A stretch of DNA of 64,000 nucleotides. It comes from Eledone cirrhosa (taxonomy: Eukaryota). Where the stretch lies: positions 7,254,001 to 7,318,000 of the forward strand of contig OZ024762.1 of the NCBI GenBank assembly GCA_964016885.1. The letters are read 5' to 3'. The translations under genes were made by a program, and so were the position numbers. Positions 1 through 13,588 of the stretch are shown here, piece by piece (the first letter of the stretch is position 1; each line of letters starts with the position of its first letter). Under the pieces are notes generated by a model, which worked only from the letters and a program-made list of their open reading frames with translations, was not told the DNA's origin and did not search any database.

Positions 1-239
1 ATGTCAGACTTAGATTAACCTCAGTTCAAACATCAAACATAATCCATTGAAAGAATAAATATAAACACTCTAACCCGTTTGTTACCATATTTAAGATGGA
101 AGATTTTAGAGTGGAAAGTTTTAAAATAAATATAAAGACATTAAAACAAACGGTTTCTATTTTAGAATTTAGAGGGAATTAGTAAGGTCAGTACTATTAT
201 TATTAAGTTATTGTTTAGGGTGGTGGGTTAGGCTTAGGA

Positions 240-610
240 TTAGTATTGGTGGAACATTGAGTCCAGAGAGAGAAATGTGGGAAATTTAAAGGAAGACTTG
301 CTAATACATAGACTAAACCCAGAAATCAATAACAGACTGGAACTCAGGAAACAATACTTGACATAAAAGGACACACCCACACGGTCACACCCACGCAACC
401 TAAACACAACAATATTGATATTACATACTGCAATTGACATCATCCTCCTGCTTCTCGTGAATACTACACCAAACATCAAACAATGCTTGAAAGCAGTTTA
501 TAAATTTTAAATATAAATCTAATTTCAAAGTCAATAGACCGGAACATTTTTCTCTGAGAGTTCCTTATACTCCGATGAAAGGAATTTTAAGTCTCAAAAT
601 ATTAGGACGA
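240..610 (+). mobile_element. Degenerate Penelope-like element 3' end (GIY-YIG C-terminus plus pLTR-like tail)
   Basis: A + frame reads LKEDLLIHRLNPEINNRLEL, resembling the E..LI....P.IN end of PLE GIY-YIG domains. A decayed CUGAUGA-like motif (ccgatga) follows at about 572. Confidence 0.4.
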
Positions 611-2231
611 AATCTACTGCCCTGGTGCCTAAATTAGAAATCAATATTTAGTTATGGCTTTCTCCCTACCTTCTGTGTTCAAATCCCATCAAAGTCAATT
701 TTGTTTTTCATCCTTCTTGTTATATACTAGTAACACACTGAGGTTGCTGTAATTGTTTTTCCCCATTCCCCAAATTGCTGGCTTTATGTTAGAAAGACTT
801 ATTAAGTTAGTGTTTGGAACTTAATAATGGTTCTCATAAAATTATGATGGAAGGTTTTTAGATAAATATAAAAACTTTAATGTTTTGTTACCATATTTCT
901 AATGAAAGTCATTGCCAACTATTTCCTAATGATTTTGAAAATAATCAAGAATTTGGAGGGATTTAGTAATATAACTAACTTTCTCATTATTAAGTTGGTG
1001 TTTGGAACATAACATAAAAAAGGTTCTCACATAAAATTATGATGGAAGGTTTTTAGATAAATATAAACACTTTAAAGAAAACAGTTTTGTACCAGGGTCA
1101 GTTTCTGTTGATTTACTCTCAAAAGGGTAAAAAATATCTTTAAGTGTTTTTTTTTATAAAAAATTAACTTCGTTGCTAATAATTGATAATCTTAAACACT
1201 AACTTTATTAAAAGTTGCTTATTTTTCACGAATGTTATAGAAAAAAAAACCTACCGTGCTTACCATCCTAATATAAAACAAATCTTATATTTCTGATTAA
1301 ATATATTGTATTTGAATTAAATAATGAAGTACTTGGAGAGATTTACTAAAATTATTAATTACTTCTTTATTATGATGGTATTTGTAACACAACTTAACAT
1401 ATGGGTTTTGTATCAAATTATGTTGGAAGATTTTAATTTAAATAGAAACACTTTAACCCTTTTGTGACCATATTTTTAACCAATTACACATTATTTCAAT
1501 TAATTATTGAAGAATTTTGAGTAATTAACAGATCTTAATAAAATTTTCTTAAATCAAATTATGAGGAAGATTTAAATTTAAATAGGAATCCTTTAAAATG
1601 CAGGTGGGTTGTTTTGTAGAAGCCAGGTTGGTTTTGCGCCTTTTGGCATCAAGGAGTTAAAAGCCTGTTAAATGTTACAAGAGGAATGTACCCCACAAAA
1701 TACTTGGTTATGATTTTTCTTTACATTTTTCTTCAATTTTTGCCCAGTTTCTTTCAACTATTGACAACTTAGATATAAGAATTGTAGTTCAAATCAGAAA
1801 AGAATAAAAATAATATGAAAAAAAATAACATAAAAATATATATAAAATGCCAAACATTTCAAAAACATAAATATATGTAAATATAAAGAAAGCAGTTGGT
1901 TTAAGATGCATTAGGAAAAATTTGAAATGTGTATGCCCCAATGCAAATGACCTTAATAATAGTCAATCAATATAAATGACAGTTGAAAAAAAAAAAGTCC
2001 AATTTTTCGCATCTCCAGGCTATTTTACCCAGTTTTCTCAATTATTATTTATAGTAATCTACTATTATTATGGTCATTTAAGTTGGGACTCACACATTTA
2101 AAATATATTAATGTTTTATATATAAATCTTGGACATAGATTTTAGACTGCATCTATTTCATTATTCTTAACTGCTTGTTTTCAAAACTTTCAATATATAT
2201 ATATATATACATACATGGGTATTCATTGTTC

Positions 2232-2285
<54 letters not shown>

Positions 2286-2760
2286 AATGATTATATATAT
2301 ATATTGTAAACAGTTACTTTTTACAATACCTACTTTCTTAACTATTGGGTACTTAGATGAAAAGGGTTTTACTAGTCTAAACTGGTAACTCCTGATATGT
2401 ATATATATGTGTGTGTGTGAGTATGTGTGTGTGTGCATGTGTGTTTATATATTCATGTATGTACACACATATATATACATACACACGCACACATATATAT
2501 ATAGTTAGATAATAGATAGATAGGTACATGTGTTTGATTCACATATATATATATATATATACACATATATATATAATACACACACACACACTTGTATATG
2601 TGTGTATATGTATGTATATTATATATATGTGCATAAATATATATATAAATGTGCATGTATATATATATATATATATTATATAGCCATATGTGTATACTTA
2701 TTATTTACACACACACACACACTCTCACATACACACACATACATATATACACACACACCC

Positions 2761-2813
<53 letters not shown>

Positions 2814-2852
2814 CATATATATAAATATATATAAACACACATATTGTGCATG

Positions 2853-2883
<31 letters not shown>

Positions 2884-2953
2884 GCCATATGTGTATACTT
2901 ATTATTTACACACACACACTCACATACACACACATACATATATACACACACAC

Positions 2954-2996
<43 letters not shown>

Positions 2997-3075
2997 TATA
3001 CACACACACACATATTGTATCAGTATGGTGTGTTTGAAATCTTTTTTATTTTTTATTTTCTTCCTTCCTTTCATG

Positions 3076-3148
<73 letters not shown>

Positions 3149-3688
3149 GTTTCTAGTCATAGAGGCTTCTTATATTATATTTTAATCCATCTCTCATGCT
3201 TCTTCCGTGGATATGCTTACATCCTGGTACCTCTCCTTTTTATAGAATCAATGATGATAACAGCGCTACTAGAGGCGCTGGAAGCAGAGATAGGAGTTGA
3301 TAGCGCTCACACTGAGATAGGTAGGCATTAATGTATATCCACCAGTTCTATTTTTCTCATTCACAATTACATGGAACTCATTACTTACACCATCCTTGCC
3401 AAAGGTATTGATCAATTAAAATGGACGCTGCTCTATAATCAATCAATCTATCAAGTAAATAGCTCTGTAGCTTCTACAATAGATCTGTATAAGTCATTAT
3501 ATTCTTTTCTTGATGTTACCCTTTTCACCAACTTTCCTTCACATTTTGCTTCCTATAACTTCAGCATTCTTCCATATTCACCTAATATCCTAATAAAGAA
3601 AGAAACACACACAGACACACACACATATATTCATATGAGTGTGTGTGTGTGTGTGTGTGTGTGCCTTGCACGTGTGTCTGTGCGTGCA

Positions 3689-3733
<45 letters not shown>

Positions 3734-3956
3734 CATATATATTTACATATGTATACATGCATATATGTTATATATATAATTAATATATGAGGATTATTTT
3801 TTTATTTTGTCTTGTCACTCTACAATTGTTTCAAGCTTCGTGCAATTACTCATAGGGTCTTATGCATCAGGAACTCCTCTTACATGATTTCAATGCATTA
3901 ATAGCCTGCTGATTACATCCTCAGGAAATCTATCTATAACTATAAAAACTTGTGTG

Positions 3957-3995
<39 letters not shown>

Positions 3996-4414
3996 AAGGA
4001 GTTGACGGACCCAGCATATTTATCAATGCCAGGGCCGGTATATACATATATATATATATATAAATAAAATAATAATAATAATGAAATTATTGTGTAAAGT
4101 GCTCAGATGCACTACATATATGCTACACATATATGTGTGTGTATACGTATATATATGAGGAATATATCTATTTATGTACATATATATATACCTAGATCTA
4201 TGTGTGAGTGTATATACATATGTGTGTGTGTGTGTATGTATATATATATATAGTATCTATAGTTCTATTTATGGATATGTACATAATTTATATAGAAATG
4301 TAAGGTTCAAAAACCTAGTACATGCATTTTACTAATTGCCGGTGGATATTATCTTTTGCTCTGGCTTTAAGGGGTCCTATGTATCAAAATTCAATTGTGT
4401 GGCATGTGACCAAC

Positions 4415-4632
4415 TTGTAAGTGTGTTGAACTTACAATCATAATGTCATGGGATCAACTCCTAAACCAGGTTGTGTTGGGTTCTTGAGCAAAACACTTCA
4501 TTTCATGTTGCTCCAGTACACTCGGCTGAAAATTAATACCAGCAATAACTAGGGGTTTAACCCTGTGATGGACTGAATCCTGTCCAGGGGAAAGTTTTGT
4601 GCTCTCAGTCACTTCATGCCACAAAACCGGGA
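4415..4632 (+). mobile_element. Diverged tRNA-derived CORE-like SINE (family B, tail type 1)
   Basis: ttcttgagcaaaacacttcatttcatgttgctccag core and accctgtgatggactg...gtccagggg tail, both matching the copy at 30283. Confidence 0.7.
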
Positions 4633-5000
4633 TATATGTATGTATGTATGTATGTATGGTCCCGTAACTCCCGATAGAGTTGTAGGGCGCTGTATTGACA
4701 TATGGCGTTACTTGGGCATTTTTAGCCTGGCAGAGTCCATCCTTCTCCAGGCCTGAGTACAGCAGATTTCTTCAAGAGAGAGGAAGAATTGACCCCAGTA
4801 CTAGACTGGTACTTTTTTTATCGACCTCGAAAGAATGAAAGGCAGAGTTGAACTCAGAGGGCAGAGAGATGGAACAAATATCATAGAACATTCTATCTGA
4901 CATTCTAATGACTCAGCCAACTTGCTGCCTTAATATATGTGTGTATGTAGAGTTCAAGCATTGACAAGACAAACACAGAGATGCAAATACAGTATATATT

Positions 5001-5794
<794 letters not shown>

Positions 5795-6278
5795 CACACA
5801 TATACACCCACATGCATATGTATGTATGTATATATAATGTTTAAAAAATGGAAAAGATAAGCTAGTAACATAAGTTTATGGTCCTTATATAAAATTAAGT
5901 TGGAAGATTTGTATTGTAATAGGAACCCGCTAAAATGGATGGTTATGTTTCATAGAACCAGAGGTGGTTTTAGCCAAGTTGGTATCAAAAGGGTTAAATA
6001 GAAACACGTTTAGAATAGGTGGTTTTCATCAGGTTGGTATCAGAAGTTTTAATCTCAAACAGTTATGTTACTGTATTTGAAAAATTTGTGAAGATTGTTT
6101 CCAGATTAACTATATTTTGAGCAATATTGCCAGACAATATCTAGATTGTTCTTCAGTTTATTTTAGTTACTGTTGGAACAGTATCTTTGAATGATAGGGT
6201 AGGGTTAATTTCATAACATGGTAGTGAAGTGAACTTCTTAACAACAGATAATGACTATGATCATATATCATTATCAGT

Positions 6279-6463
6279 GAATTGGCAGTATTGGTAGAGG
6301 GTTGGACGCCATGCTTTGCAGCATAGAGTTATGGTCCCTTGCCATTCTGAGTTCAAATCCCGCCGAGGTTAACTTTGTCTTTCATCCTTACGGGGGTCGA
6401 TAAAATGAAGTACCAGTAATGCACTGGGTAATTGCTGGCCTTGTGCCAAAAGTAGAAACAAAT
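6279..6463 (+). mobile_element. tRNA-derived SINE family A
   Basis: A-box-like tggcagtattggtag, B-box gagttcaaatcc, conserved tttcatccttacgggggtcgataaaat core. About 20 copies in the window. Confidence 0.9.
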
Positions 6464-6595
6464 ATTATATTAGTTAGTTATAGATCTGCCCTTCCTAGCA
6501 AGGAAAAAAGATATTAGATGATGATGATATGTAGCTGTATATATATATATATATATACACACATATATGTACATGTATATACCTATATATGTATA

Positions 6596-6664
<69 letters not shown>

Positions 6665-6669
6665 GTATG

Positions 6670-6703
<34 letters not shown>

Positions 6704-6753
6704 TATACATATATAGGTATGCACATGTACACACACACACACACGTGTGTGTG

Positions 6754-6794
<41 letters not shown>

Positions 6795-7209
6795 TACAGA
6801 CAAAATATTTACTTGGAATGTATTTCCATTTTTTAGTTCTTCGTCATAGTTGTCTTCTCCTTCTTTTTTCTTTTTCTTCTTCTTCCTCTGCTCCTTCTTC
6901 AGAAATGCTACCATCTCTACAAATGTCATTAACCCTTTCATTGTCATACTTCAAATGAAAGACACTGCCTATTGTTTTCAAATCATTTTGAAAATATTCA
7001 AGAATTTGGAGTGATTTCAATAAATATAACCAACTTTCTCATTATTAAGCTCTTGAAGGTGTTGGATTGGTAGTATCAGTAGAGCGTCAGACAACATGCT
7101 TTGTGGCATAGAGTTACGGCTCTATACATTCTGTGTTCATATCCTGCTGAGGTTAGCTTTGCCTTTCATCTTTACAGGGTCGATAAAATAAAGTACCGGT
7201 AACGCACTA

Positions 7210-7650
7210 GGTTCAATTTAATCAACTATTCCTTCTCTCCAAATTGTTGGCCTTGTGCTTAAATCAGCTCATGATTTCAATATAACTTAAGAAAAGCTCT
7301 TACATAAAATTATGATAGCAGAGAAAACAGACATCAAATAATTGTTTCTACTTTAGGCACAAGGCCAGCAATTACCCAGTGCAGGCCTTGTGCCTAAAGT
7401 AGAAACAATTATTTGATGTCTGTTTTCTCTGCTATCATAATTTTATCTAAGAGCTTTTCTTAAGTTATATTGAAATCATGAGCTGATTTAAGCACAAGGC
7501 CAACAATTTGGAGAGAAGGTTCAATTTAATCAACTATTCCTTCTCTCCAAATTGTTGGCCTTGTGCTTAAATCAGCTCATGATTTCATTATAACTTAAGA
7601 AAAGCTCTTACATAAAATTATGATAGCAGAGAAAACAGACATCAAATAAT
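7210..7650. repeat. Inverted triplication (direct-inverted-direct) of about 135 bp
   Basis: 7231-7366 and 7384-7519 are near-perfect reverse complements, and 7518-7650 repeats 7210-7342. Confidence 0.9.
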
Positions 7651-7862
7651 AAATGATAAACCGATTAAAACAAATTGCTATCTATGATAGAATGAAGGGC
7701 TGTTTCAGGTGGTTTCGTATCATTAGCATGTTTTTGTCTGTCCTCTGTTGGCTTTCATTTATTTAGCTCATATTTTATGCTCCCATATTTTCTCTCAAAT
7801 TAAAGACCCTACTTATAGATCAGCTGTCCACAATTATTTATTTACTGATCTTAACTGCTTAA

Positions 7863-8212
7863 CTCTTAACATCCTGTACCACATGAAACTACATTAGCTC
7901 GACATGTTTGCAAAGTACAAAACAACACTATGAATGTATCATATAAAAAATTAAAGTCTAATACTGCAAAGGTTCACCATGATATCTGTCCACTAGCAAA
8001 GATACTATAAACATTTGAATAAACAAACCACATGAACCCACTTTAGCAAGACTTTTTTTTTTAAGTGCAAAAAAGCTCATTAAATATTAAAGTGTTTAGT
8101 TTAATGATGCAACTTTTCACAACAATCTGTCCACTAGTAAAGATACTATAAACTTTTGAATCAACAAATGTTTTAAGATATTTTCTGCTAAATCATTACA
8201 GGATGTTAAGTG
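7863..8212. mobile_element. TTAA-targeting (piggyBac-type) MITE
   Basis: TIR ctcttaacatcctgta / tacaggatgttaag follows TTAA. Related copies at 9543-9911, 47764-48130 and (partial) 31180-31245. Confidence 0.7.
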
Positions 8213-9031
8213 TTTAAGAATTTATTTTTATCCTTTACATTAACCATTCAATATTTTTTTATTCTTTGTTTTTTGGCAAATCTGAAACATTTGATGTCTT
8301 GGACATCAAATACACTTGACATTAAATTACAAATAATTTTAGTTAAACCATAATTTTGTTTTTTTTCTCCTAAAACTCCTGTTAAATTTCTGGCATATTT
8401 AATTGCCAAAATTTAGTGACAAAACCTTTGGAAGGATAGTGTAAAGTTCACACATAAAAAGGCAAATATTAACAGATATAGTCTACTGAAACTTCTTAGT
8501 TGTTTTTTTTTTTTTTCATTGTTTTCTCTTTTCTCTTTTTTTTTCATTATTTTAATTAATTTTTGTTTTACTATCTTCTGTTTATTTATTATTTTTATTT
8601 TATAATTTTTTTTATATTTTTTTTTAATAGTTTTATACATTATCTGCACAAATAATTTAATCATAACGTTTTTTTTAAAAAAGAACAAACACACCCACTT
8701 GCATGCTCACACTCACACAAATGTATATGGATATATATATATATGTATTTATGTGTGTGTACATGAGCCCTTAAAAACATTCAAAATGAAGTCAGGGTTC
8801 ACTAGTCCTCTAAGAGCCCACAGCAGAAAGGGCTAACATCTCTTACAGGCAGATATCTGTGATAGGAATATGGTTTTGCTCAGATTCGACTTGACGACCA
8901 CTATATATATATTTATATATATATATATATAAATATATTATAGTTAAAACAGAAAACAAAAAAACAAAAACAAAGTGAAGAGGCAGTACAAAGTGTTAAT
9001 ATTAGGTTCACAATAATGTACATATAACCAC

Positions 9032-9070
<39 letters not shown>

Positions 9071-9542
9071 CATACATACATATAATACATATATATATAT
9101 ACATACGCACATACATTCACATACACACACACATACTCATTTCAAAATTCTGCACCAAAAAAAAAATAATTATATTTATAATTATAATAATAATTGTAAA
9201 GCAGGTGGAAAAATTATTTCTTAAATTTTTTTTAAGCAATTAAATTTATTTTCACTTTTTTTTTTCCTAAAATTCTGTCTGTGTAATTGTGAAGTGGAAA
9301 TCTTATTAATTGTCAAGTGGAAATTTAATTAACCGTGAAGTGGAAATTTTATTTATTTATTGCTAATGTCCTCCTCTGCTTTCTTTGTAGCTCATTCTAT
9401 TTATTTATCATTTTTTGCATTTTTGATTTTTTTTTCTTTTAGTTTTTTTTTTTTGTATTATAATATCATTTATTGTTGTTGTTGTTATTGTTGTTGTAAC
9501 TATTATTGTCATTATTTTTTATAATTATTATCATTACAATTA

Positions 9543-9911
9543 ACTCTTAACATCCTGTACCACATGAAACCACATTAGCCTGACATCTTTGAGAAAGTAC
9601 AAAACAAAACTATAATTGCATCAGATTAAAAATGAAAGTCTTCAACTCTAATACTTCAAGTTTCCCCAACGATCTGTCCACTAGTAAAGATACTATAAAC
9701 ATTTGAATTAACAAACCTCATGAGACCGCTTTAGCAAGACATTCTTGAAAAGTACAAAACTATGGGACAGCTATAACTGCCTCACATAAAGAAATAATCT
9801 TTATTCTAATTCTGTAATTTTCTCAATCTCTCCACTAGTAAAGATACTATATTTGAATTAACAAACCTGTTTTTAAATATTTTCTGCTAACTCAATACAG
9901 GATATTAAGAG
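9543..9911. mobile_element. TTAA-targeting MITE, same family as 7863
   Basis: ttaa|ctcttaacatcctgta ... tacaggatattaagag|ttat. Confidence 0.75.
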
Positions 9912-10153
9912 TTATCAATATTTACATCATCACTATTACTCTAAATGCTATATTGTTGTTGTTGTTGTTTTAATATATTTATATATTTTAATGCCATGTA
10001 GGCAATGCCTTGCAGTTGTTATTTACTTCTTTTTTTTTATCACCCCCTAAATTTTAACTAAAATCCAATTCCAGCTTCGTAATGAACCCTTGAAAAATGT
10101 TTTGTTACTTCTCCTTGTTCTCCTTCTGCATCCCCCAAAACCCCCCACTATAC

Positions 10154-10454
10154 TAGCGGTCTCCAATCATTGGGCTGTGGACCCTTTGGTACTGGGCCAC
10201 TAAGGAGTCCTTCACTATTGGTGAAGAGTTGATCCTGTCTGTTACTAAGGACATTTGACGTGAAGTTTTAGGAGAGGCTTTAGTTAAAAAGGTAGCAATG
10301 GTTCCTCTTTTGATTAGCACCATAACTAGAGGAATTGATGGATTAGTGGAGGACATTTAGGCACAATTGTTAGAGAGGATTAATGAGTACCAGTCCGTGG
10401 AGGAATTCTCTTACATGACACCGGTCTATGTCGCAAAAAGGTTGGGGACTGCTA
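10154..10454 (+). mobile_element. Non-autonomous hAT/Charlie element with a transposase fragment
   Basis: TIRs tagcggtctccaatc / ggttggggactgcta and 8-bp TSD cactatac/cacaatac. The internal frame SFTIGEELILSVTKDI*REVLGEALVKKVAMVPLLISTITRGIDGLVEDI*AQLLERINE matches Charlie/Buster transposases. Confidence 0.88.
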
Positions 10455-10645
10455 CACAATACCCCAATCAATTAATATAACGAAGGTGGGAGGAGGGGGT
10501 ATTTTATTAACCATTTTGTGACCAAATTTCTAATGAATTACACTCTATTCAATTAATTTTATTAATTAAGAATTTTGAGAGATTTACAAAAATTGTTATT
10601 TCATGTGGTTCTTATATAAAAATATGTTGAAATATTTATATTTAA

Positions 10646-10865
10646 CCCTTTAGCATTCACATTACTCTATATATACTATTATATTTTGATGGTAAAGACT
10701 TTACCTCACATAATTATCTCATATAATATCGAATCTATGAGATTTTGAAAGTATTTATTTTGAGAACAATACCTTAACATCAGTTTGAGCAACCAGTTAC
10801 AGCCAGTTTCAACAGAAAGAGGTAGAGAATTCTGGCTGGTTTTGGCCAGTTTGAACATTAAAGGG
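10646..10865. mobile_element. piggyBac-type MITE (about 220 bp)
   Basis: TTAA|ccctttagcattca ... taaaggg. Homologous to the copies at 58667 and 63600. Confidence 0.8.
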
Positions 10866-11081
10866 TGAAATTTATTGTTTTTCAGATATTTTGGTATTTT
10901 TATTTTAGTATTATAGTGGTGGATTAGCAGGGTCATTAGAGCATCATATAGAGTGCCTTTCTTTTAAGGTTGATAAAAAACGTACCAGTCAAGAACTGGG
11001 GTCGATTCTTCCTCTATATCTCTTTCTCGCTTCCACTTTCTCACTTTCTATCCTTCTATGGAAGAAATCTGCTGTACTCAG

Positions 11082-11179
11082 ACCTAGAGAGGGATGGGCT
11101 CCACCTGGCAAAAAATGCCCAAGAAATGCTGTACAAGTATGTTAATACACCTCACTCCCGGTACGGCTCCCTCAGGTAG
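11082..11179 (+). CDS. Candidate (alternative) exon of the RTK-like gene
   Basis: Long pyrimidine tract at 11006-11058 with AG acceptors ending at 11064 or 11081. The open frame (NLLYS)DLERDGLHLAKNAQEMLYKYVNTPHSRYGSLR carries Tyr motifs. Donor-like cag|gtagaa after 11175, or in-frame TAG (11177-11179) with AATAAA at 11185. Confidence 0.45.
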
Positions 11180-11533
11180 AAAGAATAAAATTGAACAAAC
11201 AACGAAATCCATATAGAAAATGTTTATTTTAAGTAAGTTCAAATGATGCTATATTCATTGATTTCTGTGAGCATATATATAAATCATTATCATCATTTTG
11301 TATACGGGGGTCGATAAAATAAAGTACCAGTAATGTACTGGGTAATTGCTGGCCTTGTGCCAAAAGTAGAAACAATTATCATCATTTTGTATATTGACTT
11401 TTCTATGCTAGCATGGGTTGGGAGGGCCTTTTTGAGACAATATTTTATAGTCTGAAGCCCTTTGTGACACCAACAGTTTTAGATGCTTCTCATGACATGT
11501 ACCTATTCTAAACCAGGCATATATATATAAATA

Positions 11534-11859
11534 CAGTGGAACCTTGGTTCATAAACACTTTTCACCACGAACAAATTGGTTAGTGAACACTTTTTCTGAA
11601 CATAGAACGTCTTGGGTAACGAATGGTGTTTCAAGTAATGAACACGCAAACCGGCAACAATGGTTGGCGACTAGCTGGGTGTATCGGTGGGAAACCATCA
11701 CTTCCTGTGTAGTTTAATTACTATGGTGATATCTATCTGTCTTTCACACACAACCACTCTCTCGACATTTCATATGGGAAAATAGTTTCTGTTTACAAAC
11801 ATTTTGAGTGACGAGTAGCCTTCAGGAATGAATTAAGTTCGCGAATGGAGGTTCTACTG
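11534..11859. mobile_element. Tigger/pogo-like MITE
   Basis: TA|cagtggaaccttggttcataaac ... gttcgcgaatggaggttctactg|TA, with imperfect 23-bp TIRs and a TA TSD. Confidence 0.8.
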
Positions 11860-12194
11860 TATATATTAAATCGCGAAAAAACAGGTCTATTCACGTCACA
11901 TCTCTTGGAAAACTGTTGATTCTAGCATCGTTGTATAACAAAATCAGTTGGTCATATTTTAAAAGGCAGTGATCAAATGTGTCTACCTGAAAAGAAAAAA
12001 ATTGTTTTATATATAGAGCATGTAGATGTGCATGTGTGTCTGTTTGTTATTTGTCCATATGAAGCTAAGAGGATGTGTGTGTGTGTGTGTGTGTGTGTGA
12101 TGTGCATGTGTTTTATTGTAAGTACGAAGTTGTGAGGATATGTATGTGTATATAAGTTTACGATATTGTATAAGTTTATCATATTGTAAAAAAA

Positions 12195-12375
12195 AATCTG
12201 CTTTGATATGGTTTAAATCGCATGACCCTCAGTTTTACACAGATGAAGTTAAAGGCTGGTATCAACACTTGCAGAAGTGTATTGACCTAGATGGAGCATA
12301 TGTTGAAAAATATACATCACTTAAACCGTTTTTTCCAACTGTCATTTGTCCACAAACCTTTTGTAACCCACTTGT
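12195..12375 (+). mobile_element. Mariner transposase 3' remnant (irritans/Hsmar2-like)
   Basis: WFKSHDPQFYTDEVKGWYQHLQKCIDLDGAYVEK matches the mariner C-terminal W.KC....G.YVEK signature. Confidence 0.8.
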
Positions 12376-12714
12376 GGAACTATAAAATCAATTCTCAAAG
12401 GAGAGTAGAGACAGACTTAGAGAGTGTATTTGCCAGCTTCAGAGAGAAGTGGTCGCTCAATGTTTATATCATGCAAAATACGAGTTAAGAGAAGATTTTG
12501 GTTAAAGCATGGAAAAGGTTAGTGATGAATTTAGGAAATAAGCAGAGCATGTACATTGAAAAGTATTTGAAGAAAATTAATCTACTTTCATTAAAAGCTA
12601 TTTTTAATTAATGAAAGAAGATTGATTTTCATTTAATACTTTTGTGTGTGTGTATATATATATGTATATATGTGTGTGTGTGTGTGTATATATATATAAC
12701 TATGATTACCATTT

Positions 12715-13080
12715 AACACTGGCATCTCCTGGTACTTCCTCATCTGGCAGTCATCATCCATGTATATCACATGTCCATACCAGTGCAGTCTTCTCTCTTG
12801 TACACTTCATCTGATTCCTCTTATATCCAGTTTTTTCCTCAGCTCATTTCTGTTGTTTATACACATTAACATTACATATCCAATGAAGCATGCTCTCTTC
12901 ATTTCTCTCCACCCTCTGAATATCCTCTGCATTTACTACCCATGTCTCACTGCCATGCAACATTGTACTTCTCACATGGGCATCATGCAATCTACCCTTC
13001 ACTCATAGAGAAAATTCCTTTGTTGTCAACAGATGTAGTAGCTTTCTGAACATTTTCCAACCTCAGAGCAACCTTCTTCA
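12715..13080 (-). mobile_element. RTE-clade LINE remnant (post-RT region)
   Basis: The minus frame VQERRLHWYGHVIYMDDD is the RL.W.GHV.R motif of RTE elements. Related to 17520 and 62780. Confidence 0.7.
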
Positions 13081-13371
13081 CTGCTGTTCCCCTAAGTAGC
13101 ATAAACTGTAAACTGCTTCTATGGTACCTTCTAGGAATTGAAAAGATTTATTTCACTGGTGCTCCTTCTCCCAATTGCTCCTATGCATCTTCCACTAGTA
13201 AAGTTTTTCTTTACTGTAAGTTTGCCTACAATCCCACTGCACCTCTTGTGTACCCATACCTCATATAGTGGACATTGGATAAAATTCCTAAACTTCTTAC
13301 TTTTTCTCTTTCTTTTGTTCTGCCCCCCTTTTTCTACAATGTTCTCTAATGTTCCTACTCCCTAAAACTCT

Positions 13372-13407
<36 letters not shown>

Positions 13408-13409
<2 letters not shown>

Positions 13410-13588
13410 CAAAGTAGTTGTGGTAAGGAACCAGATGGACCATAACGCACCAGAGTACTCAATACTTAGGGTAGTAGAGTGGGTAATAGGAGAAAGTATG
13501 ACCCCTACAGCAAGCCGTTTCGACGGCTATTCCTGGACCCCAGAAATAGCCGGCTTGAGCTCTGCTGTTGGGGTCATACTTTCTCATA
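13408..13588 (-). mobile_element. Penelope-like terminal fragment with hairpin end, in (TA)n
   Basis: Reverse-orientation copy of 5513-5693 with an imperfect inverted end. Confidence 0.55.

Noticed and set aside
12385-12545. Possible L1/Tx1 3' remnant
   Set aside because: Too degenerate to identify a motif.
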